Source of the DNA: Botryllus schlosseri
Taxonomy: Eukaryota
Assembly: GCA_051294905.1 (NCBI GenBank)
Contig: CM119371.1
Coordinates: 8,868,001-8,932,000 of the forward strand
Direction of reading: 5' to 3'
Length of the DNA stretch: 64,000 nucleotides
Below, piece by piece: positions 46,702-58,100 of this stretch (its first letter is position 1; each line of letters starts with the position of its first letter). The notes under the pieces are model-generated. The model worked only from the letters and a program-made list of their open reading frames with translations. It ran no database searches and was not told where the DNA came from. A program made the translations under genes and the position numbers.

Positions 46702-47527
46702 TGTTCTGAAGTATAAGTATATTTCGTTCACAATCGCTCGGCCCTTGCCAAGGATGTGGCCAAGCGAATATGCGCCTTTAATTAAGATCGAATATCGTGT
46801 ATTACTATCAATATTGTAGTAACGTGGCTGACGGTCTGTTTAATATACGAGGCGTGAGTTCTCAAGCAGCCATGTATTCAGTGACGACCAAGCACCGAAG
46901 CACCTACGATGTCGTCACACCCTAATGGCGCCATAGAGACTACTACTACAAATGTGTACTGCACCGATGATACAATTAGTTAGGTATTTCTCAAGGAAGG
47001 TAGTCACTGCACAAGACCTCCCCCAATGAACAGTTCAATTAATAACCAGCACAAGTTTCTGGATCAATTTTTAACACCCGGTTTCATAATGACTCTCCAA
47101 GGGTGAAGACATAATTTAGATAATGGATCTTCAACACGCAAGTATCGCATATCTTCTAGCTATATGTAACCCAAGTCGCATCCCTGCGTGGTACTAAAGT
47201 TCAATGCAGTAGCTCACATACCAATGTCTTCTTGAGACGGGAGAGCTTGGCTTCTTCAATTCTTCTTAAACCCTTCTTCGTTTCTTCTCGAATTGTTGTC
47301 TGCTACTGACTCTCCAGACCAAGTAAGCCGAATTATATAGCTTTCTGTCTCGTAGGAAAAAAAGGGAAAAAAAGAAAAGAATACCCTCTATCTGTTACCT
47401 CTCCGCGCACGGATGACGTAAACAATTTCTAAACCAACAGGTTTTCGGCCCTTGGAAACTTCAAGAACGCCCCAAATTAGGTATTGAGGCATAATTTTCA
47501 TTTTTTCTTCTGGGCGAAAAATGCCTT

Positions 47528-47611
47528 GTCACCTAATTCGTATTCCTTTCTCTTCTATAAACCCATCCGGGTCACCTTATTCGTATTCCTTTCTCTTCTA
47601 TAAACCCATCC
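47528..47611. repeat. Two-copy ~43-bp tandem repeat
   Basis: GTCACCT(A/T)ATTCGTATTCCTTTCTCTTCTATAAACCCATCC twice. Confidence 0.8.
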
Positions 47612-48580
47612 CCGGATATTTCTGGAATCTCACATCACAGGAAAAAAATGGGGCAAAGCGTGCCACAAGGATTGCACATGAAGGAAAAAAATGCGGGCGG
47701 TGCAAAAACCTCGTTTAAGGTTCGCCGCGCACCTTTCTATTCCGCTTAGGCTACTTAAGTAATTTAGAACTTACGGCAGAAGGGCCAGCGTTAAGTCATA
47801 ATTCGCAATGTTTCTAAGCGTCGATTTTAAGAAGTCGGCACCTATACGTCAGTTTTAACTTGATAGCCAAAATAGCTGGACGGAAGTGACGGGTTTAGTC
47901 GGTGCCCAATCGCAAGTTCGAATATTAACGGGTTTTACAATAAAATTCTACTGACTCACATATTCAACCTATATGACTGTATTGATGGGAACTAGCTTAA
48001 TTTTATATATACCTTCAGTCATCCTACCTTAGTTACCTTAGTTTCCGTCATAAAGTACGCCCAACTTGTACGTGCAGAATAGAGTCGTCAGTCTGCTTCA
48101 CCGAAATTTCCGGTATTTTTTCCATTAGCTTTGACGCAAAGATCAATTGACATTATGGGTCGTTTTATATGTCGGATGCCAGCAATTTTGTCCGTAATTC
48201 GAATCGTTCCACCTAAATCATACAATCTTGCCGCGGGCGGCCCAACATATTGTTGCATCGTAGCGAACATGCTGCAACGCCAATTGGCCACCAGCTAAAA
48301 TCAAACCGAGATTGACTGTTCCATACCCACCCGAGTGTTGGAGGTTCACCCAGGCTCTTTCCAGTCATTCGAGCCGATCACACAACATTAGGAATCCACA
48401 CCGATTTAGCCACGGCCACGGATCCTTCATGTTGATATTTATTACTTATCCATTTTCTGTAATATTACAGCCAATTATAGATGGAGACATCGCCCGCATA
48501 TCGCGATGACACCCGCATCGCGATGTATACGGAATGGTTTTACTACTTTTATCTTGGCGATCTTGCGCACTTCCTGAAGG

Positions 48581-48782
48581 AATGATTGACATAATCACAT
48601 CGGTCAATGATTGACATAATCACATATCCCATTTAAATTCCTGAAATTCGTGTTATTTATTATTTTTTATTCTTATCCTAAAAGATCTCCGTGTGCTCTC
48701 TTCATCAGTTCCATATAGTACCATCATGCAGTATGCACCGTAGTAAATGCCGTCATTCTTATCAGATCATGTCGGTCAATCA
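48581..48782 (-). repeat. LTR-like terminal direct repeat, 5' copy (segment B twice, then segment A 48630-48780)
   Basis: Matches 12941-13091 (3 mismatches); preceded by AATGATTGACATAATCACAT twice; 48608-48782 reads TGATTGAC...GTCAATCA. Confidence 0.8.
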
Positions 48783-49479
48783 TAACTTAATCTACTATTT
48801 CCATCAATATTCCTTCCATTAAAAAATTCCTACGTACCATTAAAATGTCAATCGAGTGTTCCCTTCATATATGTAATGACGTCACGGGCGGTATTTTCAT
48901 TTGAACCTAATGTTGCATATAATTTCGAAGAAGTCGCTCTCGGTACACTTGCGAGACGTAACTAGCACACTGGTGTGCCGCGGCACACCGGTTGAGAAGC
49001 ACTGGTGTAGACTGTAGAGCAGGGGTGGGCAACCTGCGGCCGTACGGCCGCATGCGGCCGTGGAGGCATAATTGTGCGGCCGTGAGCGCGTGATGTGAAA
49101 TGCATGTGCTGGCGGCCGTGTGTTGATGGATCATATGTTACATGTATGATAAAACTTATTACGACGATGGAGGGTATTGTTAAATCACTGTGGTAAACTC
49201 TTTCACTTCATACTCTGTGACTGCGTTTCCAGCTGCTTCAATCGACGTAATATAATACTGCAATCTACCCACTAAAAGACGGACCTGCGGGGCTCGTTCA
49301 CTTTCGGACCAAACTCACTACATCCTTACGGGGAAAATGTGTTTTTGGTCCGAAAGTGAACGAGCCCCGTCCTCGTCCGGGTTCTTCAATTTCAGATTTG
49401 CTTATAAGGCTTCCTGCGATACGAATATGCGACTATCGTGCACTTTATCGAGAGTTGAGGGCACAATAATGATTGCTAA

Positions 49480-49591
49480 ATATAGATCTGCTTCTTATCT
49501 GTATGTATTGGAGTCAACCATTATGAAATTGACCAATCCTCATGTATGTGGACAGAAGGAGTTTCTATACAATCTTGAAAGTTTCCATTAA
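49480..49591 (+). pseudogene. Penelope GIY-YIG 3' fragment inside the hAT element
   Basis: VLESTIMKLTNPHVCGQKEFLYNLESFH resembles the C-termini of ORFs 52457-52768 and 60343-60612. Confidence 0.6.
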
Positions 49592-49971
49592 CATGAACCC
49601 GTAATTGTCTGTGTAACGCCTTCAGTGAATTGGATAATTTTATTTCCAGTCGTCACTTGTCATGACTACCGGTTGCCGGTAAAGCTGACTTCGCCTAGCG
49701 TTTTCTTATTGCATTGTTACGTCACACTTCGCCAATGTCGGTTAAGTATGAGGACCAAAGACTAAGCTTAGTCAGTCTTGTCGCGAAGTCCAAATGTGAG
49801 GGGCCTATTGGCGATACTGCGATAGGTTGAACCGTAGTTATAAAAGCCTTGGTAAGCGGATAACATTGAGTGGGTGTGGGTGTACTGAGCAAACGGAAAG
49901 AGAATAATACATTGAGACGAAACTTTTTCCTTATAGCCCAATTACATTATAAAGTTGGTCTACATCGCAAT

Positions 49972-51789
49972 ATGTCAGTAAAACGAAAAAGAACAGTAAC
50001 AGAGGAGAAGAGGGCATTTAATATCAAATGGAAGTTGGATTATTTTATGGTAGAAACGGCAGCCCATACTATGATGTGTCTGATATGCAATCAAGTGGTC
50101 AAAACTGTTAAAGGAGATAATGCAAGGCAGCATTTTCGTCGTCATGAGTCACACAAGTACGCAAAAATGGTGGGTGAGTCGAGGAAAAGTCGTCTCGAAA
50201 GTTTGAAGAAAAGTGTGCAAATGCAGACATCTTGCATATCATCTTTCATTCAGTCGAAAAATAAGTTGTGCGAAGCGTCTTATATAGTCGCATATCATCT
50301 TGGTGCAGCGGGAAAGCCTTATTCAGATGGCGAACTACATAAGCGATGTCTCGTGGACGTTGTTAGGTGCATTCATCCTGGTAAGGAAACTGATTATTCT
50401 CCAATTCCTCTCTCGCGTCGTACAATTCAGCGTCGGCAAGATGATATTGCCAAACAGTTGACGATCTCCATACAGACAAAGGTTAATGAGGAAGCAACTT
50501 TATTTTCACTGGCTATCGACGAGTCGACTGACATTAAGGACTCTGCACAACTATTGATCTTCATTCGCTCTCTGTCTCCAAATTTTGAGTTCTGCGAAGA
50601 TCTGCTCTCAATGGAAACACTCTTTACCCACACTCGTGGTGAAGACATATTTGGGGCTGTTAAGAATGCTTGCATTCGCAATGGATTAGACTTGAAAAAT
50701 CTTCGCGGTATTTGTACAGATGGAGCACCTGCAATGATAGGTAACACAAATGGCTTTGTGACAAGATTTTCAGAATTCGTGTCGAAAGAGTACGATAATA
50801 ACCAGCTCACAAACCTTCATTGTATTATCCACCAAGAAGCCCTGAGTGTCAAATCTGTTGCCTTAAATGACACTCTGAAAGACGTCAATCGCATCATCTT
50901 GTACATTCGTGCAAATGGTCTTCATCATAGGCAATTTCAAGAACTTCTGCAAGAGCGCGAAACGTCGGCAGAAGACATTCTCTACCACGCCGCAGTACGT
51001 TGGTTGTCCCAAGGAGACACATCTCGTCGTGTTCTACAGTTGCGAGGAGAAATACTGGAATTTTATTCCACAAAAAATAAAGACTGCCCCTTACAAAATG
51101 AGAGCTTTGTCATATATTTGGCGTTTCTTGTGGATTTTCTGTCCCATGTTAACATTTTAAACCGAAGCCTACAAGGAAAAGAAGCAACGATATGCACCAT
51201 GTACAAAAAAGTATCGGATTTTCGTGACAAATGTCGTCTCCTCAAACTTCATATTCAGCAGCGTGATTTTTTCCATTTTACACAACTTAAGTCTCTCATC
51301 GACAGCTGCGAAATAAAGGTAGAAAAGATTCCGATCACTTTATTTTCGGGGATTTTTGATACTGTGTTGCAGGATTTCGCAGATCGTTTCAAAGATTTCC
51401 AAAAAATATCACATACATTACGACTTGTTGCCTTTCCACACCTGGTGGAAACGGAAAGTGCACCGCCACACCTTCAGATGGAGCTGTTGGAGTTGAAGAA
51501 TGATGAGCAGCTTGTAACAAAGTTCAAGTGCGAGGAGAATTTGATTGACACGTGGAAAATGGCCCATGAATATCCACTTTTGCGAGAATTGGCTAGAGAA
51601 ACTCTTGTTATTTTCGGAAGCACTTACGTGTGCGAGTCTGCCTTTTCGCAAATGAAATACCTGAAAAACGAGTACCGAACTCGCTTACTGAACGGAAACC
51701 TAGAGTCGCAACTAAGACTTATGGTGTCGCGTGAGGTTCCCAATTTTGCAAGTTTGTCATCTCGTATGCAAAATCAAGGAAGTCACTGA
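49972..51789 (+). CDS. hAT transposase (GTF2IRD2/SPIN-like), ~605 aa from ATG 49972
   Basis: BED-like CLIC..H..H, FSLAIDESTD, ICTDGAPAM, HCIIHQEAL, VRWLS, FGSTYVCESAFS. Confidence 0.93.
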   Translation: MSVKRKRTVTEEKRAFNIKWKLDYFMVETAAHTMMCLICNQVVKTVKGDNARQHFRRHESHKYAKMVGESRKSRLESLKKSVQMQTSCISSFIQSKNKLCEASYIVAYHLGAAGKPYSDGELHKRCLVDVVRCIHPGKETDYSPIPLSRRTIQRRQDDIAKQLTISIQTKVNEEATLFSLAIDESTDIKDSAQLLIFIRSLSPNFEFCEDLLSMETLFTHTRGEDIFGAVKNACIRNGLDLKNLRGICTDGAPAMIGNTNGFVTRFSEFVSKEYDNNQLTNLHCIIHQEALSVKSVALNDTLKDVNRIILYIRANGLHHRQFQELLQERETSAEDILYHAAVRWLSQGDTSRRVLQLRGEILEFYSTKNKDCPLQNESFVIYLAFLVDFLSHVNILNRSLQGKEATICTMYKKVSDFRDKCRLLKLHIQQRDFFHFTQLKSLIDSCEIKVEKIPITLFSGIFDTVLQDFADRFKDFQKISHTLRLVAFPHLVETESAPPHLQMELLELKNDEQLVTKFKCEENLIDTWKMAHEYPLLRELARETLVIFGSTYVCESAFSQMKYLKNEYRTRLLNGNLESQLRLMVSREVPNFASLSSRMQNQGSH

Positions 51790-52199
51790 TTTCAATGTTA
51801 GAGACTTTCCTTAAATATATTCGTTTCAAAATATGTTTGGTATTTATTAGATATGATAAGATTAGTAGAAATTAAGTTTTTAAACAAAGCTAAAATGTCC
51901 TCCGAGGGCGGCCAAATGTCTTCGTAGGCAATTATACCGCGTCTTTATGCTTGTGTATTGCACTAAAGTGGCGTGAAATGTGGATTTCGGCATTCGCGAC
52001 GACAATGGGTATGGTTGACTTTATCAACCCAAATAACGTTAACGGGTATTTCGGGATTCAAAACGGAAGATTGAGATTTTTTTAGTCAACTCACATATGG
52101 CTGACGGCCGTATGGCGCCGAAGTATTCGAAATGCGGCCGTGGACGCCAAAAAGGTTGCCCACCTCTGCTGTAGAGTGAACAAGTGATTTGTGGTACAG

Positions 52200-53760
52200 A
52201 ACTTCAGAATAACGCGAAACAATAACTTCATATTGTTAATTTATTCGCTAAAAGCTTTTCGACTAACTCTCATCAGTAGCGAACGTTAGTGATGCGGTGA
52301 ATCAAATTCGAAATGTAAGAACTATTTTGTCTGTATGACGTAATAATAACAAAAACAAACAACTAGTAGACGGGCTAGATACGGTAGTAACGGTACAAAA
52401 CAAACGTTAACTAGTACATATTCGGTTATAAATAACCGAAAACACAACACATAACATTAATGAAATATTCCAAGAGTGTAGAGGCGTTCCTTCTGGCGAC
52501 AGAGAATCGGCTTTCGTAGCTTTATGATCGTAGATTCCAGGACCTTTAAATGAAAAAGAGAACGGCCACGAGCAAGTATAGAAAATTGACTGTCATTGTA
52601 ATGATCAGCACATTCTGGATGGGATAAGAGATGCTGTCCAATAGCCGAATTACAAGCAGTAACTTGATCATAATCACGCAGTGTGTCAACAGACTGCGAT
52701 GAAGGAGTTGGAGAAACATTATTTATTCTAATTTGCCGTGGGACATGCTGGCGAATTCTTTGCTGCAAGCGCTGAGACGTGCGACCTACATACCGACTGT
52801 CACATCGGCACGTGTATTCATATATTATGTTGCTTTGATTTGTCGCAGGTTACATCCTTTTGCGTTGCAGGCATCAGAGATTTCGTCATGAAGATTATCT
52901 GAGGTTCTACTTGTGAAAAACAATGGCTCACTGACGATTTAATTTGTTTTTCAAACCTGTTGGACACTTTCCCAATCCAAGGAAGACGCAAATAAACAGG
53001 ACATTTTTTAGGTCAAACGGTTTAACTTTTCTGAAATCTTTGAGTTTACGATCTATGGTCATTTTAATGATATGATCAGGATAACCATTTGACTGAAAGA
53101 TTGACCGAATGTTCTCCAATTCAGAATCAAGTTTGACTTTACTATAAATCATCAGAGCCCTGTGTACCAGAGTTCTTATCAAATTTACTTTACGTTTTAC
53201 TGGACAGAAAGAATCCCACGAAATGTATTGCCCACTGAATGTAGGCTTACGGTAAACTGATGTAACAAAATTAGCACCCGTCTTTTCCACTACAACATCA
53301 AGGAATGCTAATGAATTATTGACCTCTTTTTCCATGGTGAATTTCAGTGATGGGTGAAGACCATTCAATTTGCTTAGAAACAAACCACACTGGGATTCAT
53401 TTTCAAATATGGCGAAGGTGTCATCAACATATCTTTGATACATTAATGGTCGATCAATATCTTCGAATAACCGTTTTTCGTAATACCCCACAAAAATGTT
53501 AGCCAGAATGGGACCAAGCGGCGATCCCATTGCAACACCATCGATCTGTGTATATATGGTGTTATTGAAACTAAATTCGACATCACAAGTGATCAATCGC
53601 ATTAATTTAACAAAAGAAGACCTTGAGAATGGAGGAGATGGAAGGACACCACCATAGTGTTCATTGGCACAAATCTCTATAGTCTCTTGAACTGGCACGT
53701 TCGTGAATAAACTAGATATATCAAACGAACACAGTAGAGTAGAGTGAGGACAGCATTGGA
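52200..53760 (-). mobile_element. 5'-truncated, frameshifted Penelope-like retroelement (RT plus GIY-YIG)
   Basis: SFDISSLFTNVP, GVAMGSPLGPILANIF, RYVDDTF, YRKPT; downstream YEYTCRCDSRYVGRTSQRL..RIRQH, SAIGQHL, LES..I. Confidence 0.88.
52244..52283 (-). ncRNA. Minimal type I hammerhead ribozyme motif in Penelope 3' region
   Basis: Minus strand TTCGCTA-CTGATGA-GAGTTAGTC-GAAA-AGCT-TT-TAGCGAA: 7-bp stem I, conserved core, palindromic stem III. Confidence 0.7.
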
Positions 53761-54154
53761 AATGACACAGATAAAGGATTGTACTATGCGATTTGTAATA
53801 CATATATTTATTCGGCTAATGAAGTCAATTTTTCGAATTCCATTTTGCGTGGAAATATTTTGCTAAAATGGAGCCCTAATAACAAGTGATGTCGTACAGT
53901 GGGCCTACATATATATGGTAGCTATATGCAACCGCTTTAAAATACTGTTTTACCACAAAAACATATCGATTTTGAGGAAATATTTGGGCATCATTTGACC
54001 AAGCCGCACTGTAAGCGATCAAATAGTCTGAATGTAGCCAGCGATGGAAATTGAGTTCGACTTCCCTGCTATATGGCATGTATGTCACACTGTTATAAGA
54101 GGCCGTTATTACTGTTTTTTTTTCAATATAAAGGATTTGGCGGTAAACCACTAG

Positions 54155-55188
54155 CAGGAGTGTCAAACTCAAATAGCGTCGCGGCCCGGATTCAAGCCTT
54201 CAATTCGCTCGCTGGCCGGACCAGTTAACTGATTCAAAATGTTTCCTAGTGCCCTTGCTTTTCTCTTAAATATTTTATCATCAAGTATATATAGATAATT
54301 ATTACGCGCGATCATATGGGTTTAATTCTAGCATGTCGCAACACCCTTTATTCGCGAATAATGGAATTGGCAAAAATATAATGAATTCCCGGTTGATTGA
54401 AGTTAAATACCGCAACGAACAACTCATTCATTTGAATTGCAATCTCCGTATTTACTGACGGCCGCTCCCGATGAATGACAGATGAAAAGCTTTGAGTGAA
54501 TAAATTGCAATATGAAAATTATGAATGTGTTGTTCTTTGCAATATTCCAATTCTGTAACACAAGGAACCTAGTTAAATACACATAAAACGGTGGCGCTAT
54601 TGACGATCTAACTAGGCATATTTCTATGCTAAAGCTCACTTGCTTTAATTGTAATCCGGCGTTACCCATGCGCATGCGCATGCGTTGTGAGGAATCTAAG
54701 ATATTTACCTGTAAACGCGGACGTTGGAATTTGGTTTATCATTATTAAATTACGAATCCGGATTCTTATAAGTCTGGGGACCTGTTGGGTCGGAAGTGAC
54801 ACAGCAGTGCGACCATATGTCTTTCAATTAGGCCTACCTATTCGTGTAACTAATATATTTTCCATATAAACTGCATATTACGGGACCGTATTGGCACTTT
54901 CACTCCAGTGAATAGCTACCATAAAACTGTGAACGCATTGTGCGATTTTAGTCATGTCGGTGTCGATGTCACCGATTTCTTATATGTTATATGTTGTGAT
55001 AATGTGGTCTACGAACATGCCCAACATTTGCTAGATCGGTGTAATATTTGATGGAAGTATTTCTTGCAACACATATCAACATTTGGTATTACTAATGTGC
55101 TGGCTAATATAGGAATTTTCCAATCTACTCCGAATTGCTTCGCGGGCCGGATAAAATCGTCTGGCGGGGCGTATGTTTGACACCCCTG
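54155..55188. mobile_element. Non-autonomous hAT-type element
   Basis: CAGGAGTGTCAAAC ... GTTTGACACCCCTG; TSD not clearly conserved. Confidence 0.6.
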
Positions 55189-58100
55189 CATTATAGTCGC
55201 TATTTGGTTTCTCGGCCTATCAATGATATATATAGCTCCCATTCCACCAGGAAAATTGAAATTAAACGATATTTACCGATTACTATTGTGGAATACCAAC
55301 AAAAGACCAAACGATGTACGATTAGAATTGCGTCACGCGCGCGGTATTGTTGCAACCGTAGCAACGTAACGGATATCTCTATTCAGGCGTCGACATAAAA
55401 CTCCAAATCAAAACAAGGTTGGAACAATGGCTTTTTTCTATATTGTTTGAGTATCGTATCATTAAGGTAAGTTAAAGGTAGGCTATACGACACAGTTAGT
55501 GCATTGGCATTATTTCTTCGGACGGGAAGTGATCGAATTATCGACAGAGTTCAGAGTTTAACTCATGATTTCTTAACATGGTGTCGCATCTCAAGGAGGA
55601 GGCGGTGAACGGTTGTATTCAGTGCACAAGCTTTCATTCACGAGTCTATTGACATGACCGGGGCCTATCGTTCGGTAGTCGTATACATGGCTCTTTTTAT
55701 GATAGGATACTGTTATCCAGACAAATATTTAGTTCCGTCAAATATTGAAATAATATGTATACTATAAATATAGCGTATCTTGAAAACAGCATGTTTGTAA
55801 ATATTCATATTGGCCTGAATCATAATTCTTGTGGTGGCTGAAACAAGTTTATGTGAGGACAAGATAGTGGCGTACATGCATGGGATTTCGTATCCTTCCG
55901 CTTTCAAAATTCTGAGCATTGATGTTAAATATTTCCTAATGATAATTGTTCGTTAACAGTATAGTTTCTTTTTATAAAATATCAAGTAATCTTACGCAGT
56001 ACCTGTGTTATAACAACGTCATTTTATACACCGAAATTATGGAGCTTACGAGGAACTCGATGCAGTGAAGGTTTTCGTGATGTAATGACGTAATATAAGT
56101 ATTATATTATATTTTTGTAATCTAATAATGATTATAGTCGAAAATTTGGGGTTCGCCGAAGGCTTGCAGATTAGAGAAACGCATTGATGGCAAAAGTAAT
56201 GAAACACTTTATTAGACTCACTTCCTCATTGGTTTTATCTATGAAATCGAATACTAATTAGAACAACTCCTACCGATTGTTGTCGTATTGTAAAGTGGTG
56301 GTCAGTATATTCTCTTTCTGCTTGAGTATTGAGCTGGCAAGACTCAGATATAAATGGAAGATCATATTTCGACCACTATCAAATGACTAACTCCAGAAAG
56401 TATGTTGTATATATGTACAAGTCCACTATATGGAGACTGATTTGCAGAATTGTATAAAGTCCAACGCCTGTAATGTAGAACTTAGTATGTCCCTACGTGG
56501 AGTGTTATTTGGAATAAAATGCTGTGTTTGATTTATACCGTAATGTTAGCCTGAGGTAGGTTCTTGATTCGTGTACCAATTCAGCACATCCATTTATCAC
56601 GGATGATGGACGGGTGGGGTGAATACAGACTTTTTCGCTAAGAGTATATGGTGTGTTGTGCAACCACGAAAAGCAATTGTAGCGATAATGTCGAATTCTC
56701 AACATCAGATCAGCGACTTTCGACAGTTTTAATCTCGTGATCAATTACTCGAATCCCTTACTAATCAGTTGACAACAGAAACGTAAGCTGATATCTATAT
56801 CAGCGCAGAATTCCAAGCTATTGGGAAACTGGCTGTTTAGAACAATGCCAATGTTTCAGAATACAAATATGACGTCATACGAGTGTAGTGATTGAATGTG
56901 TCGGTTTGGAGTTGGATGCATGTACCCCGTTTATGCGAAGTATAAAGTCATAACGAACATTATATAAATTGTAGTATAAACGGAATGGTCAATTTGAGCA
57001 AGTGTGAGCGGTGAGCCACTAAAGTGAAGAGCATAATGTAAATAAATGAAATAATTCACAATGATAATCCAGCCATTCTCAACCCACACCTCGTTGATTA
57101 TTATGATTTACGAGTGCGCCTAATAAATTGATAATTCGCGAAGACAACCCCGTAGTTCCCCCGTTCTGCAAAAGGGTCAGAAATTCATTTGTCGCCGTGG
57201 TTTGAAGAGTTTGCAATTAGTAGTCTGAAAATCAATAATATCTAAACCTGCATGTATTCAACTATTACACATTGTAGTGGAATATATATCAAACAATATC
57301 GACTGAAATGTAACGTGGAAGCTAAAACGAATTCAATTTTATATATGAACCAATAACTTTGCAGTCAAGCAATAACCGCGAGCTTTTCATGCCGTTGGCG
57401 GCAGGCCTTTCGGAGTTATCGCATTTATGTTAGAGTATAATTCGAATGATTCCAGTCAAGGAGTGAAACCCGATTCATACAAGTACTCTAATTATAAGAT
57501 CCTTGCCATTAATTCATGCAGCTACATGAATATTCATTTCAAGACCATTTTTCCATGTGGAAGGCAGTTACCATCGATTGGCTAAAACGCTGAATACGAA
57601 AAGTTCACGCTGCATACGAAAAATTCACGCTGTATACGAAAAATTCCATACGAACCTAAGAACTGTCGTGTAAATGGCATATCTGGTGTATCATAACCAA
57701 TCCATAGGATTGACACGGAGGGCAACGAAGTAGATATGGTCTAGAAAAGCTAAATAATCTATAATGTGATGTGGAACCGACATAATATTCTTTGTGGTCA
57801 TATAAATGCCACATAATAAACTCTTCGTAGTATATTGAGCGTTGTGATGTCATAAGGAGTGAAATTAGGATGTCATGCTCTAGTCCAGAAGTCTCAAACT
57901 CAGATGTTCCCGCGGGGTAATTTTTGATGACGCCGCGGGCCGCAGCATTAATAATAGGGGTTTTCAATGTTTAATATCCAAGTTGACCTTATTGGACGGC
58001 ACTTTGCATACAGGCATTCCACAAACATCGTTAAAATTTAATTCACAATTCTACTAATCACGCTTGGCACGAAAAAACACTCTCAAATATTCGAATAAAA

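Larger units (their letters stand above)
12941..48782 (-). mobile_element. Putative giant enveloped retroelement / endogenous viral element (gag, pol-Tpt1, ISXO2 transposase, env1, env2 plus accessory ORFs); core 13358-31660 well supported, outer boundary inferred
   Basis: All credible ORFs are on the minus strand and tightly packed; bounded by a 151-bp direct repeat; paralogous accessory ORFs link the 31-kb and 38-kb regions. Confidence 0.65.
49020..52168 (+). mobile_element. Full-length hAT DNA transposon (Buster/SPIN/Charlie-like)
   Basis: TIR CAGGGGTGGGCAACCT / AGGTTGCCCACCTCTG; perfect 8-bp TSD CTGTAGAG; GCGGCCG subterminal repeats; intact transposase. Confidence 0.93.

Noticed and set aside
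46980..47320. Possible decayed minus-strand ORF (TIREETKKGLRRIEEAKL...KICDTC)
   Set aside because: Reads protein-like, but stop density is about random expectation and no family is recognised.
48520..48610. tRNA primer-binding site next to the right repeat
   Set aside because: No TGG-initiated tRNA-complementary sequence is visible on the minus strand.
12939..48751. GGCATTTA / TAAATGCC as Merlin-like TIRs of the big element
   Set aside because: Only 8 bp, internal to the repeat on the right, and no flanking TSD.
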